Shown here one piece after another: positions 55,734 through 64,000 of a stretch of DNA of 64,000 bases. The stretch is taken from the NCBI GenBank assembly GCA_049510745.1, contig JBEKYR010000024.1, positions 1 through 64,000 on the forward strand. The letters run 5' to 3'. The notes under the pieces are model-generated. The model saw only the letters and a program-made list of their open reading frames with translations. It did not search any database and had not been told where the DNA came from. This stretch comes from Verrucomicrobiota bacterium (GTDB lineage: Bacteria > Verrucomicrobiota > Verrucomicrobiia > Limisphaerales > Palsa-1400). How positions within the stretch are numbered: position 1 is the first letter of the stretch; each line of letters begins with the position of its first letter. Position numbers and translations under genes: made by a program.

Positions 55734-58415
55734 ATGAAGCGGACGTGGCAGGGGAAAGGCCCGGCGGCCTTTCTCCTGGGCGCCCTTCTATGCTGCGCCG
55801 GGTTCCCTGGCCAGTCCGCGCGGGGCGCTCCGCCGGCGGACGAGGCCGCTTTTCGCGCGGCCTTCAATTTGTTTCAGGACTTCCAATATCCGTTGGCCGA
55901 AACCAACTTCAGCAATTTCCTGGCCGTCTTCACCAATTCCACCCACCGGGCCGACGCCATTCTTTACCTGGCGCGCGCCCGCCTGGAGCAATCCAATTAC
56001 AACGGCGCGATCAATCTGCTGGAAGCAACCTTCGCCGGAGCCAGGGACCTGACGCCCGATTATGTCTTTTGGATCGCCAAGGCCCGCCTCAAAGCGGGCG
56101 ACTATCCACGCGCCGCCGAAGGGTTTTCCAACCTGGTGAAAAATTCCCCCCACTCTCCAAGGGCGTTGGAAGCCGCTTACGACGAGGCCGACGCCTGCGC
56201 CCGGATGGGCCGGTGGCCGGAGGTCATCCGCTTGTTGCAGCCGGCCGATGGCGCCTTCCGCCTGATGGCGGCCGAGGACCCGAAAGGCGACTTTGCCACC
56301 ATGGGGTCACTCTTATTGGGCGAGGCCCTGTTTGCGCAGACTAACTACCCCGATGGCGAAAAAGTGGCCGGCGCCATCGACCCCGCCGGACTCAAACCCG
56401 AATTCCAATGGCGCCGCCAATACCTGTTGTGCCGGATCAAACTGGCCGCCGGACGCGCCGAGGAAGCCTTGAACGAGAGCACCAATTTGCTCGATGTCGC
56501 CTTCGGCCCGCGTCACCAGGCCGAGAGCGTGTTCCTGCGGGGAGAGATTCTCGAAAAGCTGGGCCGGCCGGCGGAGGCTCTGCCGACCTATGCCCGGAAT
56601 CTGGCGGACACCCTGCCGGACACTTTCCAGGAGCAGGCGCTGGCCAAAACGGTCCAGTTGACCGTCGCGCTCAACCCCACCGCCGAGGCCATCGCGGCGC
56701 TGGAGGGCCTCGTCGCGCGGCGTCCGCGGGCGCCCGGCCTGGAATTGGCGCGATTGAGCCTGGGTGAATTGTATTTGAAGGCCAATTTCCCCCCGCCGAA
56801 ACTGGCGGAAGGCACAAATGGCGCGCCCCTGCCCACCAATTCATTGGAACACGCGCTGACCAATTTCACCATTGTCATCCGTGATTTCACCAACAGCCCC
56901 CTCGTCCCCAAGGCGCATCTGGACCGCGGCTGGTGCTATTGGACGCAAGGCAAGATCAGCCAGGCCAGGGCCGATTTCGAGGAAGCCGCCAACCATTTGC
57001 CTTTTTCGGAGGACCAGGCCGTGGCCCGCTTCAAGCTGGCCGACGCGCAATTCTCCGGGCAGGACTACGCCGGGGCGGTGAGCAATTACAACCTGCTCCT
57101 GGCCCAATTCGACAAATTTCCCGCCGTCACCAACGAGCTTTTCGACCAGGCGCTCTACCAATTGGTCGAGGCGAACATCAGCCGGGGCGACGATGAGGCC
57201 GCGCGCGCGGCGGCGAAGAAAATCCTGGAATGGTATCCGGGCAGTTACTTCGGCGATCGCAGTTCGCTGCTGATGGGGGAGGATATGAACTGGAAGCTGC
57301 TGATGGGGGAGGATTTGAACCGGAAATATGACTACGACATGGTGCGAACAGTCTTCACCGACCTGATGAAGCGCTCGCCCAATTCGCCCTTGCTGCCGGA
57401 GGTGCAATACGCCATCGCGCGCACCTACGACCACCAACAAAATTGGCCCGCCGCCATCAGCGGCTACACCCAGTGGGTCACCAATTACCTCCACGATCCC
57501 CTGTTGCCGGAGGTCGAGTTCTCCCTGGCCCTGGCCTATGACCAGGCCGGAATGGAGACCAACGCGCTGATGAAATTCACCAATTTTGTCGCCCGCTTTT
57601 CCACCAACTCCACCAACCTCGCCGCCTGGGCGCAAAACTGGGTCGCCGATTTCTACTACGACCAGGAGGATTTTCCGTCGGCGGAAAAAAATTATGAAGT
57701 GCTCTTCCAGAAGTTTGGCGGCGTCGGCGATCTGGCTTGGCAGGCGCGCTTGATGGCCGGCAAGGCCGCCTTGGCCCATCAGGCCGTCGAGGACGCGCGC
57801 CAGTATTTTTCCGATCTGGTCAAGGACACCAACGCCCCGCCCGCCCTGGCCAGTCAAGGCTGGTTCGCGCTGGGCGATACCATCTTCCAGCAGTTTCAGG
57901 CCAACCCGACCAACCAAACGTATCTCAATGACGCCATCGCCGCCCTCAGCCGGCTGACCAATGGCGCGCCCACCAACCCGATCGCCGTCGAGGCGCTGGG
58001 CCGCTTGGGCGACTACTACGGCCATTGGGCGGACATCAAATCGGACCCCGGCGTCTATGCGAAGGTGATTGAGCTGTATGGGGCGATTGCCAGTTTCCCG
58101 GCCAGCAATGTCAGCGTGGCCGTGCGCAGCCAGGCGGAGGTCGGCCTTGGGGTCATCGCGGAAAAGCAGCACTTGCCGCAGCAGGCCCTGGAGCATTACT
58201 GCAAAGTTCTCTACGGATACGATCCCAACCACTTTGATCCCTACTGGCTGGACCGCGCCGGCGAGTTCGCCGCCCGCCTCTGTGAAGACCAGCAACAATG
58301 GGACCAGGCCGTCCGCATCTACAAACGGGTCATCGACGCGGTGCCGGCCCTGCGGCCCGTCTTGGAAAAGAAAAAAAACGCCGCCCAAAGCCACTCCGAA
58401 GCGGCGCGCAATTGA
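55734..58415 (+). CDS. Large secreted tetratricopeptide repeat protein (BamD/YbgF-like repeats)
   Basis: Signal peptide; many TPR-like units with PxS/SPL loops. Confidence 0.85.
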   Translation: MKRTWQGKGPAAFLLGALLCCAGFPGQSARGAPPADEAAFRAAFNLFQDFQYPLAETNFSNFLAVFTNSTHRADAILYLARARLEQSNYNGAINLLEATFAGARDLTPDYVFWIAKARLKAGDYPRAAEGFSNLVKNSPHSPRALEAAYDEADACARMGRWPEVIRLLQPADGAFRLMAAEDPKGDFATMGSLLLGEALFAQTNYPDGEKVAGAIDPAGLKPEFQWRRQYLLCRIKLAAGRAEEALNESTNLLDVAFGPRHQAESVFLRGEILEKLGRPAEALPTYARNLADTLPDTFQEQALAKTVQLTVALNPTAEAIAALEGLVARRPRAPGLELARLSLGELYLKANFPPPKLAEGTNGAPLPTNSLEHALTNFTIVIRDFTNSPLVPKAHLDRGWCYWTQGKISQARADFEEAANHLPFSEDQAVARFKLADAQFSGQDYAGAVSNYNLLLAQFDKFPAVTNELFDQALYQLVEANISRGDDEAARAAAKKILEWYPGSYFGDRSSLLMGEDMNWKLLMGEDLNRKYDYDMVRTVFTDLMKRSPNSPLLPEVQYAIARTYDHQQNWPAAISGYTQWVTNYLHDPLLPEVEFSLALAYDQAGMETNALMKFTNFVARFSTNSTNLAAWAQNWVADFYYDQEDFPSAEKNYEVLFQKFGGVGDLAWQARLMAGKAALAHQAVEDARQYFSDLVKDTNAPPALASQGWFALGDTIFQQFQANPTNQTYLNDAIAALSRLTNGAPTNPIAVEALGRLGDYYGHWADIKSDPGVYAKVIELYGAIASFPASNVSVAVRSQAEVGLGVIAEKQHLPQQALEHYCKVLYGYDPNHFDPYWLDRAGEFAARLCEDQQQWDQAVRIYKRVIDAVPALRPVLEKKKNAAQSHSEAARN

Positions 58416-58419
58416 CCGT

Positions 58420-59319
58420 TCACATCATTTTCAGCAGCGTGCCGGCCATGTCCGAGGGCGTCGGCGCGATCCCAATGCCCGCCTGCTTGAAGGCCGCGAT
58501 CTTGGCCGCCGCCGTCCCCTTGCCGCCGCTGACAATCGCGCCCGCATGACCCATCCGCCGGCCGGGCGGCGCGGTCGCCCCGGCGATGAAACCCGCCACC
58601 GGCTTCTTGCAGTTTTTTTGAATCCATTCGGCCGCCTCCTCCTCCGCCGACCCGCCGATCTCGCCGATCATAATGATGCCGTGCGTTTCCGGGTCCTCGT
58701 TGAACATCTTGATGATGTCCAGGTGGGATGTGCCGTTGACCGGGTCGCCGCCGATGCCCACGCAAGTCGATTGCCCGGCGCCGCGGCAGGTCAATTGCCA
58801 GACCGCCTCGTAAGTCAAGGTGCCGCTGCGGGACACCACGCCAACATGGCCCCGCTTGTGAATGTAGCCCGGCGCAATCCCGATCCGGCAGCCGCCGGTC
58901 GAGTCCGGGCCTTCGCCCGGCGTGACCACGCCCGGACAATTGGGGCCGATCAGCCGCGTTTTGCCTCCCCTCATAGCCTGTTTGACTCTTATCATGTCGT
59001 TGACAGGGATGCCTTCCGTAATGCAGACGATCAAGTCCAGCCCGGCATCGACGGCTTCAAGGATGGCGTCGGCCGCGAAGGGCGGCGGCACGAAAATGGT
59101 GGAAACGGTCGCGCCCGTCTGGCGGGCGGCGTCCCCCACGGTGTCAAAAATGGGGATATTTTTCCCCGCGTGCCCAAAGTTCTGGCCGCCTTTCCCCGGA
59201 GTGACGCCCGCAACGACCCGCGTGCCGTAATCGAGGGACAGTTGGGTGTGCCTGGCGCCGAAACTGCCGGTGATGCCCTGGACAAGGACCCTGGTGTCGG
59301 GTTTAACGAGGATGGACAT
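58420..59319 (-). CDS. sucD: Succinyl-CoA synthetase alpha subunit
   Basis: [39 protein letters not shown]. Confidence 0.97.
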   Translation of the reverse strand: MSILVKPDTRVLVQGITGSFGARHTQLSLDYGTRVVAGVTPGKGGQNFGHAGKNIPIFDTVGDAARQTGATVSTIFVPPPFAADAILEAVDAGLDLIVCITEGIPVNDMIRVKQAMRGGKTRLIGPNCPGVVTPGEGPDSTGGCRIGIAPGYIHKRGHVGVVSRSGTLTYEAVWQLTCRGAGQSTCVGIGGDPVNGTSHLDIIKMFNEDPETHGIIMIGEIGGSAEEEAAEWIQKNCKKPVAGFIAGATAPPGRRMGHAGAIVSGGKGTAAAKIAAFKQAGIGIAPTPSDMAGTLLKMM

Positions 59320-59326
59320 GATAAAT

Positions 59327-59800
59327 CTAGCTTTGTTGTTCCTTGATTCTTTTCAAATACCTCACGGTGATTCTGTCGTGATCGCGGTTCATGGCTTCTT
59401 TGGCGCGGATCAACGCGTCGATGTCGAGAATCCGGCATGCGCCATACGGCAACTCCACTTCCACGCTCTGTTTCAAAACTTCTTCAAAATTGCCGACACC
59501 CAGCACTTCACCCAGACAATCAACAACTCCCAAATCCGTCTTCAGATATAAATTCTTCAAGCGCGCGCACTGGTCCGATGTCAGTTGCAGCGGCAAATCC
59601 GGCCTTGAGCGATGCACCGGATGCAAATCGGCCATGGCCTTCTGGATTCGCATCAAATTCGCTTCGCTGAATCGGCAGCAAATATCCACGTCGCGCGTGA
59701 CCAGCGTCACGCCGTGCGCCACCGCGGCAAATCCGCCGACCAAAACAAACTCGACCTGCGACGAAATCAATCTTCGCGTCAGTTCACTTAAGTTTTGCAT
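59327..59800 (-). CDS. Nucleotidyltransferase-fold protein (putative toxin-antitoxin component)
   Basis: [29 protein letters not shown]. Confidence 0.82.
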   Translation of the reverse strand: MQNLSELTRRLISSQVEFVLVGGFAAVAHGVTLVTRDVDICCRFSEANLMRIQKAMADLHPVHRSRPDLPLQLTSDQCARLKNLYLKTDLGVVDCLGEVLGVGNFEEVLKQSVEVELPYGACRILDIDALIRAKEAMNRDHDRITVRYLKRIKEQQS

Positions 59801-59993
59801 GACGTGCTTTCATCGCGGCGCGCAACGACTCGCCAAAATTCAAAGCGTCGTCGTTGGCCTGCATCCGTTCCCACGGTGTTTTCGTCAGACTGTCTTTCAG
59901 CAATGACAAATCAACATCATCGTCCGTCGCCACGTCATGAGGCGGCAAAGTCTCCTTCAAAATCATCTCTTCGTGGGCGCGTTTTTGTGGCAT
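59784..59993 (-). CDS. Small hypothetical protein, putative partner of the nucleotidyltransferase
   Basis: DVDLSLLKDSLTKTPWERM; overlaps the start of the NTase gene. Confidence 0.7.
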   Translation of the reverse strand: MPQKRAHEEMILKETLPPHDVATDDDVDLSLLKDSLTKTPWERMQANDDALNFGESLRAAMKARHAKLK

Positions 59994-60066
59994 GAACTTC
60001 ATAGAATCATTGAAACGCCTGCTCCCAAGTCTTATCGTCGTCGAAATCGAATGGAGCGAATTTCTG

Positions 60067-60486
60067 TCAGATTGTCATCGGTCCAAACGCCTTCACCACT
60101 TTCTGCGCCGCTGCCAGAATCGGTCCGCCTGCCACGAGTTTCTTCGCGCGCGAATCCACGCGCAGATTCATGCCTTCGAGCGAGCGCGCGCCGAGAATTT
60201 GCAAATCTCCCGGCTCCCCAAAGATGACTTCATCAATCGTGATGGCGTCGCCAACATGAATGATGGCAAAGCCGACAGCCCGGGTGATTTCCTGACCATT
60301 CGCCATGACGAAGGTATAATCTTTTTTCTCACGCTTGACGCCGATGTTTTTTAATGTTTCGCCGTCAATCCAGGTGAACTCCGCGCCGGAGTCCACGAGC
60401 AATTGTGGCACTTCGGCAGATTTCTTCCGGTCAACGTGGTTCGCCACTTTGCAATTCGTATAAAATGTCCCCATACGATTTTTCAT
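60067..60486 (-). CDS. Clan AA (retropepsin-like) aspartyl protease
   Basis: LLVDSGAEFTWI catalytic motif; MANG; ILGARSLEGMNLRVD. Confidence 0.85.
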   Translation of the reverse strand: MKNRMGTFYTNCKVANHVDRKKSAEVPQLLVDSGAEFTWIDGETLKNIGVKREKKDYTFVMANGQEITRAVGFAIIHVGDAITIDEVIFGEPGDLQILGARSLEGMNLRVDSRAKKLVAGGPILAAAQKVVKAFGPMTI

Positions 60487-60498
60487 GGTGCCAATTTA

Positions 60499-61704
60499 TC
60501 ATCTTCCAACCGCCTTCACAACCTTTTGCGCGGCGTCAGCCATGGAATCGCCGCTGATAATGGGCAGGCCCGAATCCCGCAGTATCTGTTTGCCCAGTTG
60601 CGCGTTGTTGCCCTCCAATCGCACCACCAGCGGCAGATTCAAATGCGTCTCCCTCGCCGCCGCCACGATGCCCGCGGCGATGATGTCGCATTGCATGATG
60701 CCGCCAAAAATGTTCACCAGGATGCCCTTGACGTTGGGATCGCTCAAAATGATCTTGAACGCCGCCGTCACCTGCTCCTTGCTGGCGCCGCCGCCGACAT
60801 CCAGGAAGTTCGCCGGCTGGCCGCCAAAATGCTGGATGATGTCCATCGTCGCCATGGCCAGTCCCGCCCCGTTGACCAGGCAGGCGATGCTGCCGTCGAG
60901 TTTGATGTAATTGAGATTGAATTTGCTGGCTTCGATTTCCAGCGGCGCTTCCTCGGCCAAATCGCGCATCGCCTGGATGTTCGGGTGCCGGTAAAGAGCG
61001 TTGTCATCCAGGCTCATCTTGGCGTCGATGGCCAGCAAACTGTCCTTGCCGTCTTTGCCGGCGATGACGCAGAGCGGATTGATCTCCACCAGGCTGGCGT
61101 CGCATTCCCACCACGTTCGATAAAGGCCGGCGAACACTTTGACTCCCGCGGCGATCAGGTCGCCCCTCAACCCCAGCGCCACCGCCACTTTGCGGCCTTG
61201 AAAAGGCAGGAATCCGGCGGCGGGATCGATCGATTCCCTGATGATCTTTTCCGGATGCCCGGCGGCGACTTGTTCAATGTCCATGCCTCCTTCGGTGCTG
61301 GCCATAAGGATGGGCCGCGCCAGCGCGCGATCCAGGAGCACGGCGCAGTACAATTCCCTCTTGATGGCCGGGGCGCTGGTGACGAGGACCTTGCTCACGA
61401 CGCGGCCTTCGGGACCGGTCTGTTTGGTGACCAGGACCTGGCCGAGCATGGCCGCGGCCATTTCAAAAACCTCGGCGGCACTTTGGCAGAGTTTGACGCC
61501 GCCTTGAAATCCGCTTTGGAACGTCCCCTTGCCGCGCCCGCCCGCGTGGATTTGCGATTTGACCACGACCAGGGCATCGCCTTTGGCGAAGAGGCTCTCG
61601 GCGGCTTTTTTCGCGGCGGCGGCCGTGCCGCAGACCTCGCCCGGCGGCACGGGCACGCCGTACTGCGCCAGCAATTGTTCGGCCTGGAATTCGTGGATAT
61701 TCAC
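60499..61704 (-). CDS. sucC: Succinyl-CoA synthetase beta subunit
   Basis: MNIHEFQ, KSQIHAGGRGK, EINPL, NGAGLAMATMD, ANFLDVGG, NIFGGI. Confidence 0.97.
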   Translation of the reverse strand: MNIHEFQAEQLLAQYGVPVPPGEVCGTAAAAKKAAESLFAKGDALVVVKSQIHAGGRGKGTFQSGFQGGVKLCQSAAEVFEMAAAMLGQVLVTKQTGPEGRVVSKVLVTSAPAIKRELYCAVLLDRALARPILMASTEGGMDIEQVAAGHPEKIIRESIDPAAGFLPFQGRKVAVALGLRGDLIAAGVKVFAGLYRTWWECDASLVEINPLCVIAGKDGKDSLLAIDAKMSLDDNALYRHPNIQAMRDLAEEAPLEIEASKFNLNYIKLDGSIACLVNGAGLAMATMDIIQHFGGQPANFLDVGGGASKEQVTAAFKIILSDPNVKGILVNIFGGIMQCDIIAAGIVAAARETHLNLPLVVRLEGNNAQLGKQILRDSGLPIISGDSMADAAQKVVKAVGR

Positions 61705-61743
61705 CGGGAGTTTGAACTTTGAACTTTCCTGCCGCTGTTCAGT

Positions 61744-62940
61744 TTACATTTCCTTGTCGAACACCAGCACGTAGCTGTCTTTGGGCAGCAGCAGTTTGCC
61801 CTTCTCCGGGATCTCGACGACCGACGTTTCCGGCCTGGAACCGGGAAGATTGACCTGGTAGGCGGCCCCGTCCCTCTTCCAGGTGCCGGTGGCCACAATA
61901 CTGTTGTCAAGACTGGTTGGGTCCAGCTTTTTCAAAAGCATTTGCTGGTTCGGCAGCGCCGTCAGGGAAAGTCCGGTGATGATCGGGAACATCTCCGCCT
62001 GGAGTTGCCTCAATTGCACCGGCGTCAATCCCGGATGCCGCCGTCGCTCCTGCGCCAGGCTTTCCCCGCGGTTGACCGTCCAGATGCCCAGGATGGTTTC
62101 GCTGTCAAACTTGGCCGATTGGCCGGTCGTCAAATACTGCTGCAAATCATCCAAATCGTTCCCAATCATGGCGGAAATCTCGCTCGTGATGGCCGCGTTG
62201 GTCAGCATCGCCTGCACCTTCGGATGATTGACAACGTCGATGATTCTTCCCTCCGCGATCAATTGCTGCAACGTCACGTCCGTGGCCAGGTCCTGGAAAT
62301 CCTTCCGCTCCCCCAGTTGCAGAAAGGTCGGATAATGCGCCAGCCGGCTTTCCAGCAGCGGATTATGCAACACCAGGCTGACGATGTCCGCCGCCTGGTA
62401 CACCTGGCGCGGCGTCGGGTCGTACGCCGCCACCACGCGGTCCATTTTGAGGCTGCCCAACTGCGCCCGCAGGTTGGTCAACAATTGCGCCTTGGCCGGA
62501 GCGCCCTCCCCCGCCGCTTCCGTCGTGAAATAACCCCCCGCATAAACCGGGATCATCAACAGGATGAAATAGACCGCGCCGTTGAGCAACCCGACGCACA
62601 GGCCCAGGCGCGCATAGAGCCGCCGCCAACTGATGAGTCTTCTCTCGTCGGTCACCTTGTACTTGAAATAAACCGCGATTTTCTCGTGCAAGACGTGCCC
62701 GGCGATCTTGAAGATGATGAGCACCGCCAAAAACGCGATCGCCTGCGGCAGAAACAGCCCCCACACCGGATGCTTCAGTCCGAAGAGCGGCAGCAAATGT
62801 CTGGTCAGGGGCGAGAGCGGGCCGGCCAAAAGCGCGCCCAGGACCAGCCCAAGAAACGAAAACCCCGCCCGCACGGGACCCGTATAATATCCCGTGACGC
62901 CGACCAATCCGAGGCAAAGCAAGGCGATGAACCAGACCAT
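61744..62940 (-). CDS. CvpA-family membrane protein with long C-terminal extension
   Basis: Four N-terminal TM helices with GYYTG.VR and RLGLCVGLLNG pattern. Confidence 0.65.
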   Translation of the reverse strand: MVWFIALLCLGLVGVTGYYTGPVRAGFSFLGLVLGALLAGPLSPLTRHLLPLFGLKHPVWGLFLPQAIAFLAVLIIFKIAGHVLHEKIAVYFKYKVTDERRLISWRRLYARLGLCVGLLNGAVYFILLMIPVYAGGYFTTEAAGEGAPAKAQLLTNLRAQLGSLKMDRVVAAYDPTPRQVYQAADIVSLVLHNPLLESRLAHYPTFLQLGERKDFQDLATDVTLQQLIAEGRIIDVVNHPKVQAMLTNAAITSEISAMIGNDLDDLQQYLTTGQSAKFDSETILGIWTVNRGESLAQERRRHPGLTPVQLRQLQAEMFPIITGLSLTALPNQQMLLKKLDPTSLDNSIVATGTWKRDGAAYQVNLPGSRPETSVVEIPEKGKLLLPKDSYVLVFDKEM

Positions 62941-63044
62941 GCTGCAAGCTAGGGGTTTCCCTCGAAAAAAGCACGAATTAATTTCGCCCAACCCCGCTTC
63001 CGCTCCCTCGCTGATTCACTGATTCACTCATTCACTGACTCTCT

Positions 63045-64000
63045 TCAATCGTCGTCCTCCTTGTGCGCGAAGACAAAAGCGGCGTGAACGGGGGCCGGCA
63101 TGGGGGAATTGGCGCCGCGCACCGATTTCCACACCACTTCGTTGAGCAGATAATCGTCGGCCGCGTCTTCCCTGGCGAAATTCATCTTCAACTGCGCGCC
63201 CCACGCGGCGGCCGTGTTCTTTTCGTTAAGATCGACGTTCGACGGCAGCGCGCTGTAGGGCCGCAAGTCCGGTTCGCCTTGAAACGAGGCAAACATCGGC
63301 GTGGCGGCGGCGTCGAACTGCGACATCGGATTGAGTCCGAGAATCAACTCCATCGTCCGCAGCATGCTGGTGGTGGAATACATCGTCGAATCGGTCACGC
63401 CGCGCCGTGCATACGGGCTGATGACGAACGCGGTCGTGCGGTGCGCCTCGACGTGGTCGGCGCCGTTTTGCGAGTCGTCTTCGATCACGAAAATGGCCGT
63501 TTGCCCCCAGGTTTTCGAGCGGCTGACCGCCTCGACGATGCGCCCCAACGCCAGGTCGTTTTCGGCGACGTAGGCCGCGGGTGTCGGGAAAGACCGAGTG
63601 GCGCCGTGGGTGTGGTCGTTGGGCAGGCGGATAATCTGGAGGCGGGGCATTTGCCCAGCCGTTTCAAGGCGCTGAAATTCCGCGATGAAACGGTCCGCCC
63701 GCTTCAGATCGCTGTAACCGAGGTCGAAACCGCGAAACAGCGGGTCAATGTGCCCTTCGAGCGCTCTGAGCCGGGCGCGCGCCGGCTCGTCGGGACGCTC
63801 GCCGTTGCCGACGAATTCGCCGTAGCTGCGGTAGCTCACGCCCGCTTCACTGGCGCGGTCCCAAATATACCCCGACGCCGGCGAGGCGATTGGGAAAAAA
63901 CCCTCGGCGGGATAGGGAAATTTGCCGTTGCGATTATGTCCGTAGTTCAAGGGCCATGTCTTTTCCACGAAATCCGTGCAATAGGCGGCCATGCTCCATT
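63045..64000 (-). CDS. Phosphoesterase/alkaline phosphatase-family protein, C-terminal part (start lies outside the window)
   Basis: LPNDHT, NDLALGR.VE, EDDSQNGADHV, ISPY, MLRTMELILGL. Confidence 0.88.
   Translation of the reverse strand, partial: WSMAAYCTDFVEKTWPLNYGHNRNGKFPYPAEGFFPIASPASGYIWDRASEAGVSYRSYGEFVGNGERPDEPARARLRALEGHIDPLFRGFDLGYSDLKRADRFIAEFQRLETAGQMPRLQIIRLPNDHTHGATRSFPTPAAYVAENDLALGRIVEAVSRSKTWGQTAIFVIEDDSQNGADHVEAHRTTAFVISPYARRGVTDSTMYSTTSMLRTMELILGLNPMSQFDAAATPMFASFQGEPDLRPYSALPSNVDLNEKNTAAAWGAQLKMNFAREDAADDYLLNEVVWKSVRGANSPMPAPVHAAFVFAHKEDDD

Overview
GC-rich bacterial window whose gene families (GloVer repeat protein, H-X9-DG prepilin-like protein, TMTC-like TPR membrane proteins, giant Ig/beta-helix surface protein) suggest Verrucomicrobiota. 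That assignment is inferred from family content only. The housekeeping backbone includes ackA, dapF, apgM, sucC/sucD, a PLP dehydratase, an MFS transporter, a HAD hydrolase and a hybrid histidine kinase. Accessory content: (1) five GT-C/TMTC-like TPR membrane proteins, four of them in tandem; (2) a putative restriction-modification pair made of a fused double adenine methyltransferase and a short PD-(D/E)xK nuclease; (3) a complete IS1595-family element (31734-33984, 8-bp target duplication) carrying a low-GC proteasome-beta/Ntn-hydrolase-like passenger gene, sitting beside older copies of its own end that bracket a GH66-like gene; (4) a 348-bp MITE that replaced the C-terminus of the kinase; (5) a 5,790-aa surface protein; (6) three small genes inserted between sucC and sucD with a relic copy of the sucC 3' end; (7) many small hairpins and tandem repeats with 7-10 bp periodicity, some in frame inside genes. 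No rRNA, tRNA or CRISPR array was recognised. All family calls are by motif recognition; no database search was run.
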